Assembly (NCBI GenBank): GCA_964565895.1
Contig: CAZMGT010000002.1
Span: forward strand, 78,510-142,509
Length of the DNA: 64,000 nucleotides
From: an uncultured Armatimonadia bacterium
Lineage (GTDB): Bacteria; Armatimonadota; Zipacnadia; UBA1398; CAZMGT01
Direction of reading: 5' to 3'
The position numbers and the translations under genes were made by a program. The notes beneath the pieces are model-generated. The model saw only the letters and a list, made by a program, of their open reading frames with translations, was not told where the DNA came from and did no database searches. Shown here in pieces: positions 47,436-58,136 of the stretch (positions are counted from its first letter, which is position 1; each line of letters starts with the position of its first letter).

Positions 47436-48737
47436 CTAGCCCAGCTCCATCGCCGGCTCGCGCGGCGAAATTCCGTCCGGGTCGTTGGCCCGCGCGCCCT
47501 TTGGCGCGGGAACGGGGCCGGCGAGCAGCGGGTCGTCCGTCTCGTTCATCCACCGCTCAAGCCGCGCGCGCATTTCCTCGAGCACCTGCTTGTGCGCGGG
47601 GTCGGCGGCGAGGTTGTTCGTCTCCACGGGGTCGAAGATAAGGTCGTATAGCTGCTCCTCGGCGACGGGCCGCTCGCGCCAGCCGTGGGCCAGCCACAAG
47701 TCCTTGCTCGGGCTGTCGTCGCAGTTGGGAAGCACCGGCCGCGTCCGCCCGTCGAACCGCCGAATGTACTTCCACCGCCTCGTGCGCACGGCGCGCATCG
47801 GCTCATACGCTGCGTGATAGGTTACCTCGGCGAAAATCTCCTCGCGAATCTCCTCCGCCTCCCCGCGAATGAGGGGCATGAGCGACTTCCCCTGCAGCCA
47901 GGGCGGGGGATCGACCTCCAACAGCTCGCAAATCGTCGGATACAGATCGATTTGCGAGACGAGGGCGTCGCACACCCGGCCCCCCTCAAACCCTCCCGGC
48001 CCGCGCATAATGAGCATGACCCCGATCCCGTGGTCCGTCAGGTTGCACTTCATCCAGGGGAAGGCAATGCCGTGGTCTGTGGTGCAGATAACGAGGGTGT
48101 TTTCGGCAAGCCCCGCTTCCTCGAGCGCTTCAAGCACGATGCCAAACCCCTCGTCGAGCACCCGCGCGCTCGCCTTATAGCAGGCCATGTCGTAGCGCGT
48201 CTCCGGGGCGTCGGGAATGGGCAGCGGCGGCTGGCAATAGCGCGGGTCCTCCGCGGGCCCCGGCTCCTCGTAAACGCGGTGCGTGTCGTTAAACCCTGCG
48301 GAGAGGAAAAACGGCTGCTCCGGCTTTCCCCGCAGCCACTGCGCGACCACTTGCGCGCGCTCCGGCGCCCGCGGGGGAACGTCGGTAATCGTCTCGTCGT
48401 AGCCGATTACCGAGGGGTCGCGCGCGATGTGCTGGGTGCCGATGAGCGTCGAGCGATAGCCTGCGCGGCGCAGGGTGTGCACGATGTGCTTGCCGTAGTC
48501 GTTTAGCGAAAATCCGCGGTGCGCCAGGCCAATCATCCCGCAGCAGTGCGGATATTGGCCGGTAAGCAACGCGGCGCGGCTGGGAGAGCACGTCGGCCCC
48601 CCGCAAAACGCCTGGCGAAAGAGCACCCCTTGCTCCGCCAGCCGCTGAATGTTCGGCGTGGCGATGGCAAAGCCATAGGGTTGCACATAGCGCCCGCTGT
48701 CGTGCGAGTGGAGGTAGAGAATGTTCGGTCGTTCCAT
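47436..48737 (-). CDS. formylglycine-dependent sulfatase (arylsulfatase family) with no signal peptide
   Basis: CSPSRAALLTG carries the CxPxR sulfatase signature. The N-terminus MERPNILYLHSHD has no hydrophobic leader. A GAGGTG SD is present. Confidence 0.7.
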   Translation of the reverse strand: MERPNILYLHSHDSGRYVQPYGFAIATPNIQRLAEQGVLFRQAFCGGPTCSPSRAALLTGQYPHCCGMIGLAHRGFSLNDYGKHIVHTLRRAGYRSTLIGTQHIARDPSVIGYDETITDVPPRAPERAQVVAQWLRGKPEQPFFLSAGFNDTHRVYEEPGPAEDPRYCQPPLPIPDAPETRYDMACYKASARVLDEGFGIVLEALEEAGLAENTLVICTTDHGIAFPWMKCNLTDHGIGVMLIMRGPGGFEGGRVCDALVSQIDLYPTICELLEVDPPPWLQGKSLMPLIRGEAEEIREEIFAEVTYHAAYEPMRAVRTRRWKYIRRFDGRTRPVLPNCDDSPSKDLWLAHGWRERPVAEEQLYDLIFDPVETNNLAADPAHKQVLEEMRARLERWMNETDDPLLAGPVPAPKGARANDPDGISPREPAMELG

Positions 48738-48980
48738 TGGCTCACACCTCGTTTGGGCTCAGGCGGCAAACTGTCGCGCGGGGCTGGCGGCCTCCGCGCT
48801 TTGTGCGCATTCGTTGGCTGGGGCCGTTTCCCTTCACTGTCGCGCGCGGGCGCGCCGCTGAGGTTCGTTGCCCACCGGCCCCTGGCGCGCGCCCGAACCG
48901 TGCAGGACGGCGCACCCCGCCGGCGAAACTATCCTTGGCCGGCGCGCCGTATCCCCAGTGCTGCGCGAGGTGGTTTTGGC

Positions 48981-50435
48981 GTGAGGGGAAGGCTTTGGCT
49001 GTGCATACTATTCGCCGCGGGCCTTGTGCTTCCCGCGCAGGGCGCGGTGGTTCACGTACTCACGATTAAGGGCATCGTTAACCCCGCCATGGCGCGCTAT
49101 ATCGAGCGGGGGATCGAAGTCGCCGACAGCGAGAACTCCGCGCTTGTGGTCATTATGCTCAACACGCCGGGCGGGCTACTCGACTCCACGCGCGACATAA
49201 CCGAGCTTTTGCTCAACTCGCCCGTTCCCGTGGCCTGCTATGTCTGGCCCAAGGGGGCGCAGGCGGCTTCCGCGGGAACGTTTATCGTCATGGCGGCCCA
49301 CATCGCGGCCATGGCGCCAGCGACAAACATCGGCGCGGCGCACCCCGTGCTCCTCGGGGGCTCGCCCATGTTTCCCGAGCTCACGCCAACGCCCACCCCG
49401 CCCGCGCCCGCCCGCGAGCAGCCCACGCCCCAGCCTAAGGGCGAAACAGCCGCGGGCAAGGCGAAAACTCTCCCCGCGCAGAGCACTGCAACACCCGAGC
49501 CCACGCCGGGCGACTTGGGCATGCAGACCCTTGCCCGAAAAGTGGAGAACGACGCCGCCGCTCAGCTCCGCGCGATCGCCGAAGCGCGCGGGCGCAACGT
49601 GCAGTGGGCCGAGGAGGCCGTCCGGCGCAGCGTTTCGGTCACCGCCGAGCGCGCCGTTAAGCTTAACGTCGTTGACTTCGTTGCCGAGGACCTGGACGAC
49701 CTGCTGAGAAAGTGCGAGGGGCGTAAGGTTAACGTCCCCGCAGGCGAGATTATCCTGCACACCAAAGACGCCTCCGTGCGCTATGTTCCCATGACCTTCG
49801 GGGAGACGTTTTTGTTTTACCTCGCCCATCCCCAAGTGGCTTACATTCTGCTGCTCTTGGGGACGCTCGGGTTGATCGTTGAGGTCAAAACGCCGGGCTT
49901 TGGCGGGGCGGGCGTCGCCGGCGGGATCTGCCTCCTGCTCGCGCTTTATGCCATGTCCGTGCTCCCGATAAACTACGTCGGGCTGGCGCTCATTCTTTTG
50001 GGCTTGGGGTTTTTGCTGGGCGAGCTGTATACGCCGACGTTTGGCCTGCTTACCCTGGGTGGGGCGGTGTCGCTGTTTGTTGGGTCGCTCATGCTCATTA
50101 ACTCTCCTTCGCTACGCATTTCCCTCGGGATCATCATTCCCACGGTATTAAGCCTCGTTGCCTTTTTCGTGTTTTGCCTGGGCGCGGTAGTGCGCAGCCA
50201 AAGGCGGCCCGTGGTTACCGGTCGCGAGGGGCTGGTTGGGGCCACGGCGGTGGCCACGACAGACCTTAACCCCGTGGGCACGGTAAAGACCGAGGGCACG
50301 CTGTTTACTGCGGAGGTCGAGGGCGAGCCCGTGGCGAAGGGCGAAAAGGTAGAAGTTGTCGCCGTTAACGGGCTTAGGCTCACGGTGCGCCGCCTGGAGC
50401 AGCAGTCCCCCCAGGCGCAACAACCTTCGCGCTGA
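48981..50435 (+). CDS. NfeD-family membrane-bound ClpP-class serine protease
   Basis: GTG start. A signal/TM segment is followed by a ClpP-like domain ([18 protein letters not shown]...[19 protein letters not shown]), a central TM bundle and a C-terminal OB-fold. Confidence 0.65.
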   Translation: MRGRLWLCILFAAGLVLPAQGAVVHVLTIKGIVNPAMARYIERGIEVADSENSALVVIMLNTPGGLLDSTRDITELLLNSPVPVACYVWPKGAQAASAGTFIVMAAHIAAMAPATNIGAAHPVLLGGSPMFPELTPTPTPPAPAREQPTPQPKGETAAGKAKTLPAQSTATPEPTPGDLGMQTLARKVENDAAAQLRAIAEARGRNVQWAEEAVRRSVSVTAERAVKLNVVDFVAEDLDDLLRKCEGRKVNVPAGEIILHTKDASVRYVPMTFGETFLFYLAHPQVAYILLLLGTLGLIVEVKTPGFGGAGVAGGICLLLALYAMSVLPINYVGLALILLGLGFLLGELYTPTFGLLTLGGAVSLFVGSLMLINSPSLRISLGIIIPTVLSLVAFFVFCLGAVVRSQRRPVVTGREGLVGATAVATTDLNPVGTVKTEGTLFTAEVEGEPVAKGEKVEVVAVNGLRLTVRRLEQQSPQAQQPSR

Positions 50436-50458
50436 GCATAGCGAAAGGAGAGGTTGGT

Positions 50459-51247
50459 ATGCAGTCGCTTCTCGGTTTTCTGGCGTTCCCCGCGCTGATT
50501 CTGCTCATCATTATCCTCAGCGGAATCCGCGTGGTGAACGAGTACGAGCGCGGCGTGGTGTTCCGCTTGGGGCGGCTCGTGGGCGCACGCGGCCCGGGGC
50601 TGTTCTACGTTATCCCGTTCATCGAGAAGATGGTTAAGCTCGACCTGCGCATCGTCGTCCTCGACGTGCCCAAGCAGGAAGTGATTACCAAAGACAACGT
50701 TACCGTAAAAGTCAACGCCGTGTGCTACTTCCGCGTGATGGACCCCGAGGCCGCCGTCGTTCAGGCCCAGCAGTATTGGATCGCCACCTCGCAGATGGCC
50801 CAAACGACCCTGCGCAGCGTTATCGGCCAGGTCGAGCTCGACGAGCTCCTCTCCGAACGCGACAAAATTAACCATACCCTGCAGTCGATCATCGACGAGC
50901 AGACCGACCCCTGGGGCGTAAAGGTAACCAACGTCGAGGTCAAAGACGTAGAGCTGCCCACAGAAATGCAGCGGGCCATTGCCCGCCAAGCCGAGGCAGA
51001 GCGCGAGCGGCGGGCGAAGATCATCGCCGCCGACGGCGAGTATCAGGCGGCGGAGCGCCTCGCCGCTGCCGCGCGCACGATCGGTGCCGCGCCCCCCGCG
51101 CTGCAGCTTAGGATCCTGCAGACGCTCACCGAGATCTCCACGGAGAAAGCGACGACGGTCGTCTTCCCCTTGCCCATCGAGCTGGCTGAGCTGTTTGAGA
51201 GGAAAAAGCCCGTCGAGGCGCCCGCCAACCCAGAACCTTCGCAGTAG
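50459..51247 (+). CDS. SPFH / stomatin-prohibitin (band 7) family protein
   Basis: The band-7 core is [54 protein letters not shown]. An AGGAGAGG RBS is present. This is the classic NfeD-stomatin pair. Confidence 0.75.
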   Translation: MQSLLGFLAFPALILLIIILSGIRVVNEYERGVVFRLGRLVGARGPGLFYVIPFIEKMVKLDLRIVVLDVPKQEVITKDNVTVKVNAVCYFRVMDPEAAVVQAQQYWIATSQMAQTTLRSVIGQVELDELLSERDKINHTLQSIIDEQTDPWGVKVTNVEVKDVELPTEMQRAIARQAEAERERRAKIIAADGEYQAAERLAAAARTIGAAPPALQLRILQTLTEISTEKATTVVFPLPIELAELFERKKPVEAPANPEPSQ

Positions 51248-51269
51248 CGCAAGCAAACCGAAAGGCCGC

Positions 51270-51301
51270 GCGGGCCGCGACGCTAAGCGGCCCGCTTTTT
51301 T
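51270..51301 (+). terminator. rho-independent terminator after the stomatin gene; the hairpin also encodes the basic C-terminal tail of convergent lon
   Basis: Stem gcgggccgc / gcggcccgc (9 bp) with loop gacgctaa, then TTTTTT. The lon stop codon (minus strand, 51283-51285) lies inside the loop. Confidence 0.55.
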
Positions 51302-53655
51302 CGCCGCCGCTTGTGCAGCGCTAGCTCCAAAACCTCGTCAATGCTCTCCACATAGCGAAACTGAATCTTCTTGCGCACTTCCTCGGGCACTTCGCTAATG
51401 TCTACCTCGTTGCGCTTGGGCAAAATTACCGTGCGAATCCCGTGCCGCGCCGCGGCGAGCACCTTCTCCTTAATCCCGCCCACAGGCAGCACGCGCCCCT
51501 GCAGGGTAATCTCGCCGGTCATCGCCACATCGTGGCGCACGAGCCGCCCGGTAAGCGCCGAGGCCAGCGCCGTGGCCATCGTTATCCCCCCAGAGGGCCC
51601 GTCCTTCGGGATCGCCCCCTGGGGCACGTGAATGTGGATCGTCAGCTTGTCGAAAACGTTCGGGTCGATGCCTAGCTCGCGCGCCCGCGAGCGGATGCAC
51701 GTTACCGCGGCCTGCGCGGACTCCTTCATGACATCGCCGAGCTGGCCCGTGAGGATGAGCGAGGGCCGGCCCTCGTTGCAGCTCGCCTCGACGAACAGCA
51801 CGTCGCCCCCGGACGAGGTCCAAGCCAGGCCCGTGGCCACGCCGGGAACTTGCGTGCGCACAATGCTTTCCTCGAAGAACTTCCGCGGGCCGAGATACTC
51901 CTGCAGGTCGTCCTTGTGCACAACCACGCGCTTTTTGTTCCCCTCGGCCAGGGCGCGCGCCCGCTTGCGGCAAATCGCCGCGATCTCTCGCTCCAAGTTG
52001 CGCAGCCCCGCCTCGCGCGTATACTGCCTGATAATCGCCGAAAGCGCGCTTTGGGTAATGTGTAGATGCTTGCGCTCCAGCCCGTGCTCCGCAAGCTGCC
52101 GGGGAATCAAATACCGCCGGGCAATCTGAATCTTCTCCTGCTCCGTATACCCAGGCAGGTGCAAAACCTCCATCCGGTCGCGCAGGGCGGGGGGAATCGT
52201 GTCCAGGACGTTCGCCGTGGTCAAAAACATTACGCGGGAAAGGTCGAAGTCCACGTCGAGGTAGTGGTCGCGAAAGGCAAAGTTTTGCTCCGGGTCGAGC
52301 ACCTCAAGCAGCGCCGCGGAAGGGTCGCCGCGAAAGTCCGCGCCCACTTTGTCGATCTCGTCGAGCATAAACACGGGGTTGTTTGTCCCGGCGTTGGCGA
52401 TCCCCTGGATAATGCGCCCGGGCAAGGCGCCGATGTACGTCCTGCGGTGGCCGCGAATCTCCGCCTCGTCGCGGATCCCCCCGAGCGACATGCGCACGAA
52501 CTTGCGCCCCAGCGCCCGCGCGATCGATCGGCCGAGCGAGGTCTTGCCCGTGCCCGGGGGGCCGACAAAGCACAAAATCGGCCCCTTCATGTCGCCCTTT
52601 AAGCTGAGCACGGAGAGATACTCCAGGATGCGGTCCTTTACTTTCTGCAGGTTATAGTGGTCCTCGTCGAGGATCTTCGCCGCGCGCTCGATGTCCATAA
52701 TATCCTCGGTGCTCTTGTTCCAGGGCATGCGCAACAGCCAGTCCAGGTAGGTGCGCACCACGCTATATTCCGCCGAGGCCGTGGGCATTTTGGACAGCCG
52801 GTCGAGCTCCTTCTCCGCTTGCTCGCGCGCCTCGTCGGGCATCCCAGACTCGGCGATCGCCTTGCGCAGCTCCTCGATCTCCCGGCTCTGCTCGTCGACC
52901 TCGCCTAGCTCCTTGCGAATGGCCTCGAGCTGCTGGCGCAAAAAATATTCCCGCTGGGCGCGGTCCATCTGGCTGCGCGCCTCGGACTGAATTTTCTGCC
53001 CCAGCTCCAAAACGGCGACCTCGGAGTTCAACAGCTCGGTAACCTTCGTCAGCCGCTCTTTTACGTTAAACGTGGCAAGCACGCTTTGCCGCGTGCTTAC
53101 ATCGGTCTGGATGTTGGACACGGCGAAGTCGGCCAGTTTGCCCGGCTCCTCGATGTTGTGCGCGGTGATCAGCACTTCCTCGGTCAGCGCGGGGGAGAGC
53201 TCAACGCAGCGCTGCAGTAGCTGGCGCACGCTGCGCACGAGAGCGTCGATCTCCACGCCCGAGGGCTGCTCCTCCTCGACGACTTCGATCTCCGCGAGCA
53301 TAAACGGCCGCCGCTGGAGCACACGGAGCACACGAAAGCGCTTCTCACCCTGAATCAGCGCCCGCCGCGTGCCGTCGGGCACCTTAACCATTTTGAGCAC
53401 CGAGGACACCGTGCCCACGTCGAAAATATCCTCTGGCCCGACTTCGTCGCGTGGAGCAGGCGGGCGCTTGGGCTTGGCGGCGACGCAGCCGATGCTCTTA
53501 TACTTCACCAGCGCCTCGTCCATCGCCGCCATGTCTTGCTCGCGCAGGACAACCAGGGGAACCATCATATGGGGAAAGACGACTACCTCGTCGGTAACGA
53601 GTAGCGGCAACACTCTGGGCGGCTGCGGGGGTGTACGTCCAGCATCTTGCGCCAC
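51283..53655 (-). CDS. lon: ATP-dependent Lon protease (La)
   Basis: An N-terminal LON domain, the AAA+ Walker [10 protein letters not shown], and the protease Ser-Lys dyad region PKDGPSGG are present. It ends in a poly-basic tail KRRRKKRAA. Confidence 0.8.
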   Translation of the reverse strand: MAQDAGRTPPQPPRVLPLLVTDEVVVFPHMMVPLVVLREQDMAAMDEALVKYKSIGCVAAKPKRPPAPRDEVGPEDIFDVGTVSSVLKMVKVPDGTRRALIQGEKRFRVLRVLQRRPFMLAEIEVVEEEQPSGVEIDALVRSVRQLLQRCVELSPALTEEVLITAHNIEEPGKLADFAVSNIQTDVSTRQSVLATFNVKERLTKVTELLNSEVAVLELGQKIQSEARSQMDRAQREYFLRQQLEAIRKELGEVDEQSREIEELRKAIAESGMPDEAREQAEKELDRLSKMPTASAEYSVVRTYLDWLLRMPWNKSTEDIMDIERAAKILDEDHYNLQKVKDRILEYLSVLSLKGDMKGPILCFVGPPGTGKTSLGRSIARALGRKFVRMSLGGIRDEAEIRGHRRTYIGALPGRIIQGIANAGTNNPVFMLDEIDKVGADFRGDPSAALLEVLDPEQNFAFRDHYLDVDFDLSRVMFLTTANVLDTIPPALRDRMEVLHLPGYTEQEKIQIARRYLIPRQLAEHGLERKHLHITQSALSAIIRQYTREAGLRNLEREIAAICRKRARALAEGNKKRVVVHKDDLQEYLGPRKFFEESIVRTQVPGVATGLAWTSSGGDVLFVEASCNEGRPSLILTGQLGDVMKESAQAAVTCIRSRARELGIDPNVFDKLTIHIHVPQGAIPKDGPSGGITMATALASALTGRLVRHDVAMTGEITLQGRVLPVGGIKEKVLAAARHGIRTVILPKRNEVDISEVPEEVRKKIQFRYVESIDEVLELALHKRRRKKRAA

Positions 53656-53682
53656 AGCGACGCCTCCTTGGCGCGTGGTTGG

Positions 53683-54123
53683 TTATTCGATGTTTATCGT
53701 CTTTCCCCGAGGAGTGGCCTTTCTGATGCGTATCTCCAAAAACCCGCGGTCTAGCGTCGCGCGCACCGAGTCGCGGTCTACCTCAGCGGGCAGGCGCACC
53801 GTCCGCTTAAACGTGCCAAACTCTATCTCGCGCTGGTGGATTACCCTAACGCCCGGCGCGGTGTCCCTTCGCTCGCCCTGAATCGTGAGCAGGTTGCCCT
53901 CGATCTCCGCGCTAATGTGCCGCTCATCTACCCCGGCGATGTCCATGAGCACGAGGATCTCGTCGTCTGTCTCATAGACATCGACATTGGGCTGCCAGAC
54001 CTCGGTGACAAAAACAATGGGCCGCCCGAAGGACATCATGTTGTCCATCAGCCGGCTCACTTCACGGTGTATGCTAAGCACTTCCTGGATCGCCGACGGG
54101 CGTCGCCTGCGAGCAAAGTCCAC
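53683..54123 (-). CDS. Hsp20 / alpha-crystallin small heat-shock protein
   Basis: The alpha-crystallin domain is VDVYETDDEILVLMDIAGVDERHISAEIEGNLLTIQGER. It lies immediately upstream of lon. Confidence 0.7.
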   Translation of the reverse strand: MDFARRRRPSAIQEVLSIHREVSRLMDNMMSFGRPIVFVTEVWQPNVDVYETDDEILVLMDIAGVDERHISAEIEGNLLTIQGERRDTAPGVRVIHQREIEFGTFKRTVRLPAEVDRDSVRATLDRGFLEIRIRKATPRGKTINIE

Positions 54124-54303
54124 CGCGTCAACCCCCTAGGCCCGAGCTGTGCTGGTCTCTCTGTGGCATCCCCGCCATGAAAAGCGCAAGCAAGAATACC
54201 ACTTAATCCCCGGCGTGTAAACTGCTCCGCCAAATCTGCGCTCTCCGGGGCGCGCGCCCGCGCTTTCCTCTCGCCGCCGCTTTCCTTAGCACGCTCCCTC
54301 TGC

Positions 54304-55551
54304 TCAACCGCGCGGGAAGAGCTCGGCAAACGGCCTTGTGCCGATGCCCAGCCGCCCCTGCGCGTCCATCTCGCGCAAAAGGGGCATGGCCGGCGGCCTG
54401 CGCGCGCTCTTCGTCTCGGGCAGGAGCCTGCCCTCAATAACCACGTTCTCCGCCTTGCCGATGAGATAGCGCTGCTCCTCGCTTAGCCCGAAAAACCTGT
54501 TGTTTGCGATGATGATGTTGTTGGGCATGCACCCCTCTACGGGAATGCCGTTGTGCTTGCCATAGGAGACGGAGATCGCTACCAGTTCCCTAAACTTCGT
54601 CCGCGTGCGCAGGTTGCGAAACACGTTTTCGCAAATCAGCCCCGAGCCGTCGCGAATGCCCACCCCGTGGCGCAACTGCTCAAACACGTTGCGCTCGACG
54701 ACAAACGTGCCGTCCATCCCGGGGTGGGTGTCCACGGCGCATAGCTCATATTCGCTCTGGTCGTTGCTCCCCACGCGGTTGTGGACAAACTCCCAGTGCG
54801 TTTTGCGAAAGCCCGGCTTGTGCACGTATTTGCCCAAGCGCTTGGGGCTGCTCCAGTCCAGCGCTCCGTTGGAGGCCAGGGAGTGTCTGTTTTGCTCGAA
54901 GTTGTTGTCGCAGACCAGAACATATGCCCCGGAGTAGATGGCCACCCCATAGCCCAGCCCGCTGCGCAGATTGTGGTGAATGTAGCAGTGGTCCACCTGC
55001 GCCGTGGCTTCGTCGCAAAAGCTCGTGGCATAGCTAAACCCGAGCAGCTCGCAGTGGTCCACGCGCACGTTTTGCGCCCGCGAGACGAAAATGCCATAGG
55101 TGTTGTTCTCCTCGCTCGTCGTCGTGTCCGCACCGACAAGCTTCAGCCGCGTAAAGCGCACGCCGTCGCCCTGCACGCGAAACAGGCGCGTGCTGCGCGT
55201 CTTCGCCCGGCACACCGTGCGCGACCCTTCGCCCAGCACCGTAACCCCAGCGGGAACGGCAACCTGCTTGTCGAAAACGTACTCCCCCGCGGGCAGAAAC
55301 ACCACGCGCGCCCCGTCTCTCGCCGCCTTATCGCACGCCTCTTGCACCGCCTGCGCCGTTGGCGAAGACACGACAACGCGCGGGGCAAGCCGCTTTGCCT
55401 CCGCTGCGCTCAGGGGAACATCCGGCCCAACGGGCCCGCGCGGGCCGACGTCCACCTGCTCGCGCAAACCGCTTTCGTTCGCCGACTGAGCGACAGCTAG
55501 CGCGCCAGCGATAAGCGCAGCCGCCAGCGCAGCGCCCACACGCCGAGCCAT
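54304..55551 (-). CDS. secreted right-handed parallel beta-helix repeat protein (pectate-lyase / NosD-like fold)
   Basis: The signal peptide MARRVGAALAAALIAGALAVAQSA follows a GAGGGAGGGG SD at 55551. Repeated ..V.H..I..N... beta-helix rungs appear. The 125-codon N-terminal extension in the ORF track is rejected. Confidence 0.5.
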   Translation of the reverse strand: MARRVGAALAAALIAGALAVAQSANESGLREQVDVGPRGPVGPDVPLSAAEAKRLAPRVVVSSPTAQAVQEACDKAARDGARVVFLPAGEYVFDKQVAVPAGVTVLGEGSRTVCRAKTRSTRLFRVQGDGVRFTRLKLVGADTTTSEENNTYGIFVSRAQNVRVDHCELLGFSYATSFCDEATAQVDHCYIHHNLRSGLGYGVAIYSGAYVLVCDNNFEQNRHSLASNGALDWSSPKRLGKYVHKPGFRKTHWEFVHNRVGSNDQSEYELCAVDTHPGMDGTFVVERNVFEQLRHGVGIRDGSGLICENVFRNLRTRTKFRELVAISVSYGKHNGIPVEGCMPNNIIIANNRFFGLSEEQRYLIGKAENVVIEGRLLPETKSARRPPAMPLLREMDAQGRLGIGTRPFAELFPRG

Positions 55552-56171
55552 GGGCAACCCCTCCCTCATCCGTGCGCGCTCCGGCGCAAATCGCACGGCG
55601 CCTGGCGCAAAATCACCTGCCTCGCAGCACACGGCCAAACGCCAGCCGCACCGTGCGCCGAAGACACACCCAGCGCTCACGCTCGCCTCCCACATTGTAA
55701 CAGGAATTGCCCTCGCGCGGCGCACTATGCAAATCGCTCTCCCGCACGCGCTGCTAGGGCCTGCCATAGACACGGCGCGGCTGAGCGAGCAGACCGCCGT
55801 CAACAGCGCCCGGCGCGCCCGCGCGCGCTCAGCCGCCGAATGTGCACAGGCCGGCGTAGCGGCCCTAGGGCGCAGCAGGATCTTTTTAACGCTAGAAAAA
55901 AGTTCTGCCTTGACATTCGCGCGCACTCCGTGCCATTACTCGCTCACAGGCGCTGCCGGCTGCCTGTCGCCCCCAAACCCGCCGCTGACCGCGGCGAAAA
56001 AGCACCGGCCAGTGCGCGCAGCAGGCGCGGCAAGGCGCGCAGTGGCGCACATGCCCACCCGCCCCTGTTTTCCTGAAGATGGGAGGCACCCGCCCCGGCC
56101 CTCTGTTGACCGAAGCTTGGGGAAAGCATTATCCTCCCAAAGTTCGTGCAACAGCGGCCACAGCTCGGGGG

Positions 56172-57236
56172 GTGTGTGCCATCGTCGAAATCGACGGCGC
56201 GATAGGGGAGGGCGGGGGGCAGGTCCTGCGCACGGCGCTTGCCCTAAGCGCCTTGCTGCGCCGGCCGCTGCATATCGTTAACATCCGCCGCGGGCGCGAC
56301 AAGCCCGGCCTCCGCCCGCAGCACCTGGCCGGCGCGCGCGCCGTGGCCGAAATTACCGGCGGCCGGCTCGAGGGCGACGCCGTGGGCTCGCTCGAGCTCC
56401 GCCTTTTTCCCGGAAAACCACGCCCCGGCCGCTATATCTTCGACGTCGCCGAACAACGGCGCAGCGCCGGGGCGATCACCCTCCTCGCGCAGACCATTAT
56501 GCCGATCATCGCCCTCACCCCTGGCCCCTGGCGCGTGACGCTCAAGGGCGGGACACACGTTCCGTTCAGCCCGCCGTTCGACTACTTCGACGATGTCTTT
56601 TTGCCCGCGCTCGAGGCGATGGGCGTCTACGTTGCCGCGCGCCTGGACTCCGCCGGTTTTTACCCCCACGGCGGCGGCGTAGCGCACATCGAAAGCGAGG
56701 GCGCCTCTGCGCTTGCCCCGTTGTCCCTGGCTACGCGCGGGCCGTGCGAGCGCATCGAGCTGCGCGCGGTGATCGCCAACCTCAGGGAGGACATCGCCCA
56801 TCGCGAGCTGCGCGCGGCGCGCGAGGAGCTGGCCAAAGCGGGCTACCACGGCGTGCACCACTCGATATCGAGGCTGCGCTCGCCCGCGCCGGGGACGGTG
56901 CTTTTCGTGCTTGCCGAGGCCGCGCACAGCGTGGCCGGGTTTACTTCGCTCGGCCGCCGGGGTAAACGCGCGGAGACCGTGGGCATCGAGGCCGCGCGCG
57001 AGGCCGTCGCCTACCTCGACAGCGAAGCCGCGGTCGACCGCCATCTTGCCGACCAGCTCGTGCTCTATATGGCGCTTGCCCGCGGGCGCAGCGTGCTCAC
57101 CACGGAGCAAGTAACCAGCCACTTGCTGACGAATATCCAGGTCGTCAGCCGGTTTCTCGATGTCCAGTTTGAGGTCGAGGGCGAACTTGGCGCGCCGGGC
57201 ACAATTGCCGTCGAAGGGGTTGGCTTTTCCAGCTAG
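56172..57236 (+). CDS. rtcA: RNA 3'-terminal phosphate cyclase
   Basis: IDGAIGEGGGQVLRTALALSALL is the RtcA N-terminal signature. The typical length of about 350 aa fits. A GTG start is inferred. No rtcB or rtcR is adjacent. Confidence 0.65.
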   Translation: MCAIVEIDGAIGEGGGQVLRTALALSALLRRPLHIVNIRRGRDKPGLRPQHLAGARAVAEITGGRLEGDAVGSLELRLFPGKPRPGRYIFDVAEQRRSAGAITLLAQTIMPIIALTPGPWRVTLKGGTHVPFSPPFDYFDDVFLPALEAMGVYVAARLDSAGFYPHGGGVAHIESEGASALAPLSLATRGPCERIELRAVIANLREDIAHRELRAAREELAKAGYHGVHHSISRLRSPAPGTVLFVLAEAAHSVAGFTSLGRRGKRAETVGIEAAREAVAYLDSEAAVDRHLADQLVLYMALARGRSVLTTEQVTSHLLTNIQVVSRFLDVQFEVEGELGAPGTIAVEGVGFSS

Positions 57237-57260
57237 CCCCCACGCGGGAGGAGCGAACGT

Positions 57261-58100
57261 TTGATGGAATGCCAACTGGGTTGCATGACCATTCCCTACC
57301 GCCACTTTACGCTCCAGGAGGCGTTTGCGGGGATCGCTGCCGCGGGCTTTAAGTATGTCTGCCCCGGGCCGCACCATTTCGGCCGCGGGCCGGACGAGCC
57401 GGAGATCTCCGCGGAGAAGGTTGACGAGCTGAACAAGCTCGCCGAGGAGCACGGGCTAAAGATCGTCATGATCTTCGGCTGCCGCGGGCCGCTGAAGTCG
57501 CTGCACGATGTGCAGACGTATAAGCAGGACGTGGACGTTTGCGCAGCGCTGGGCGCGCCCTATCTGCTGACCATGGGCCCCTGGGCCTATGCTGAGGGAA
57601 TTATCCGCCGCAAACCGGACGAAGAGTGGAACGCCGACGTCGAGGCCTATTACCGCTGGATGAAGCCCGTCGCCCAGTATGCCGGGGAGAAGGGGGTAAC
57701 GATCCTCATCAAGCCCCACGCCAACGTCTGCGCCCACGCCAGCTTGTGCGTGCAAACCATTCAGGCCATTGGCTCGCCGCACGTGCGCATTTGCTACGAT
57801 GGGGGAAACGTCCACTTCTACGAGGGCATTGACCCTCACATCGATCTCTCCCTCTGCGCCGACTATGTCCGTGCGCTGGTGGTTAAGAATCATCGCGGCG
57901 GGCGCGGTGTGCGCGACTTTCCCCCGCCCGCCGAAGGCGATGTAGACCACGCCCGGCTGTTGCGCATCCTCAGCGAACACAACTTCTCCGGCCCCGTCGT
58001 CGTGGAGCGCCTGGGCGACTTGGAGGAGCTCGCGGCGATTAACGAGGAGGCGAAAAAAGCGTTTCGCTATCTTACCGAGATCCTCGGCTCCCTAAGCTAG
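57261..58100 (+). CDS. sugar phosphate isomerase/epimerase (xylose-isomerase-like TIM barrel)
   Basis: The AP-endonuclease-2 / xylose-isomerase-like TIM-barrel layout is present. It is a second paralog in this window. Confidence 0.55.
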   Translation: MMECQLGCMTIPYRHFTLQEAFAGIAAAGFKYVCPGPHHFGRGPDEPEISAEKVDELNKLAEEHGLKIVMIFGCRGPLKSLHDVQTYKQDVDVCAALGAPYLLTMGPWAYAEGIIRRKPDEEWNADVEAYYRWMKPVAQYAGEKGVTILIKPHANVCAHASLCVQTIQAIGSPHVRICYDGGNVHFYEGIDPHIDLSLCADYVRALVVKNHRGGRGVRDFPPPAEGDVDHARLLRILSEHNFSGPVVVERLGDLEELAAINEEAKKAFRYLTEILGSLS

Positions 58101-58136
58101 CGCTGCACGCCGCCGCAACTCATGGAGGTGACCTGC

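Noticed and set aside
45417-47651. A 744-aa plus-strand ORF spanning the GlmU-like and sulfatase genes
   Set aside because: It runs antisense to two genes with strong motif support. It is Arg/Ala/Leu/Pro-rich low-complexity translation, typical of open reverse frames in high-GC DNA.
54240-54290. A CIRCE (HrcA) operator upstream of hsp20
   Set aside because: Only one half-site-like match (ttagcacgctc) is present. The required inverted repeat partner 9 nt away is absent.
55552-55926. A 125-codon N-terminal extension of the beta-helix protein
   Set aside because: An internal ATG at 55551 is preceded by a strong GAGGGAGGGG SD. It is immediately followed by a canonical signal peptide. The extension is low-complexity.
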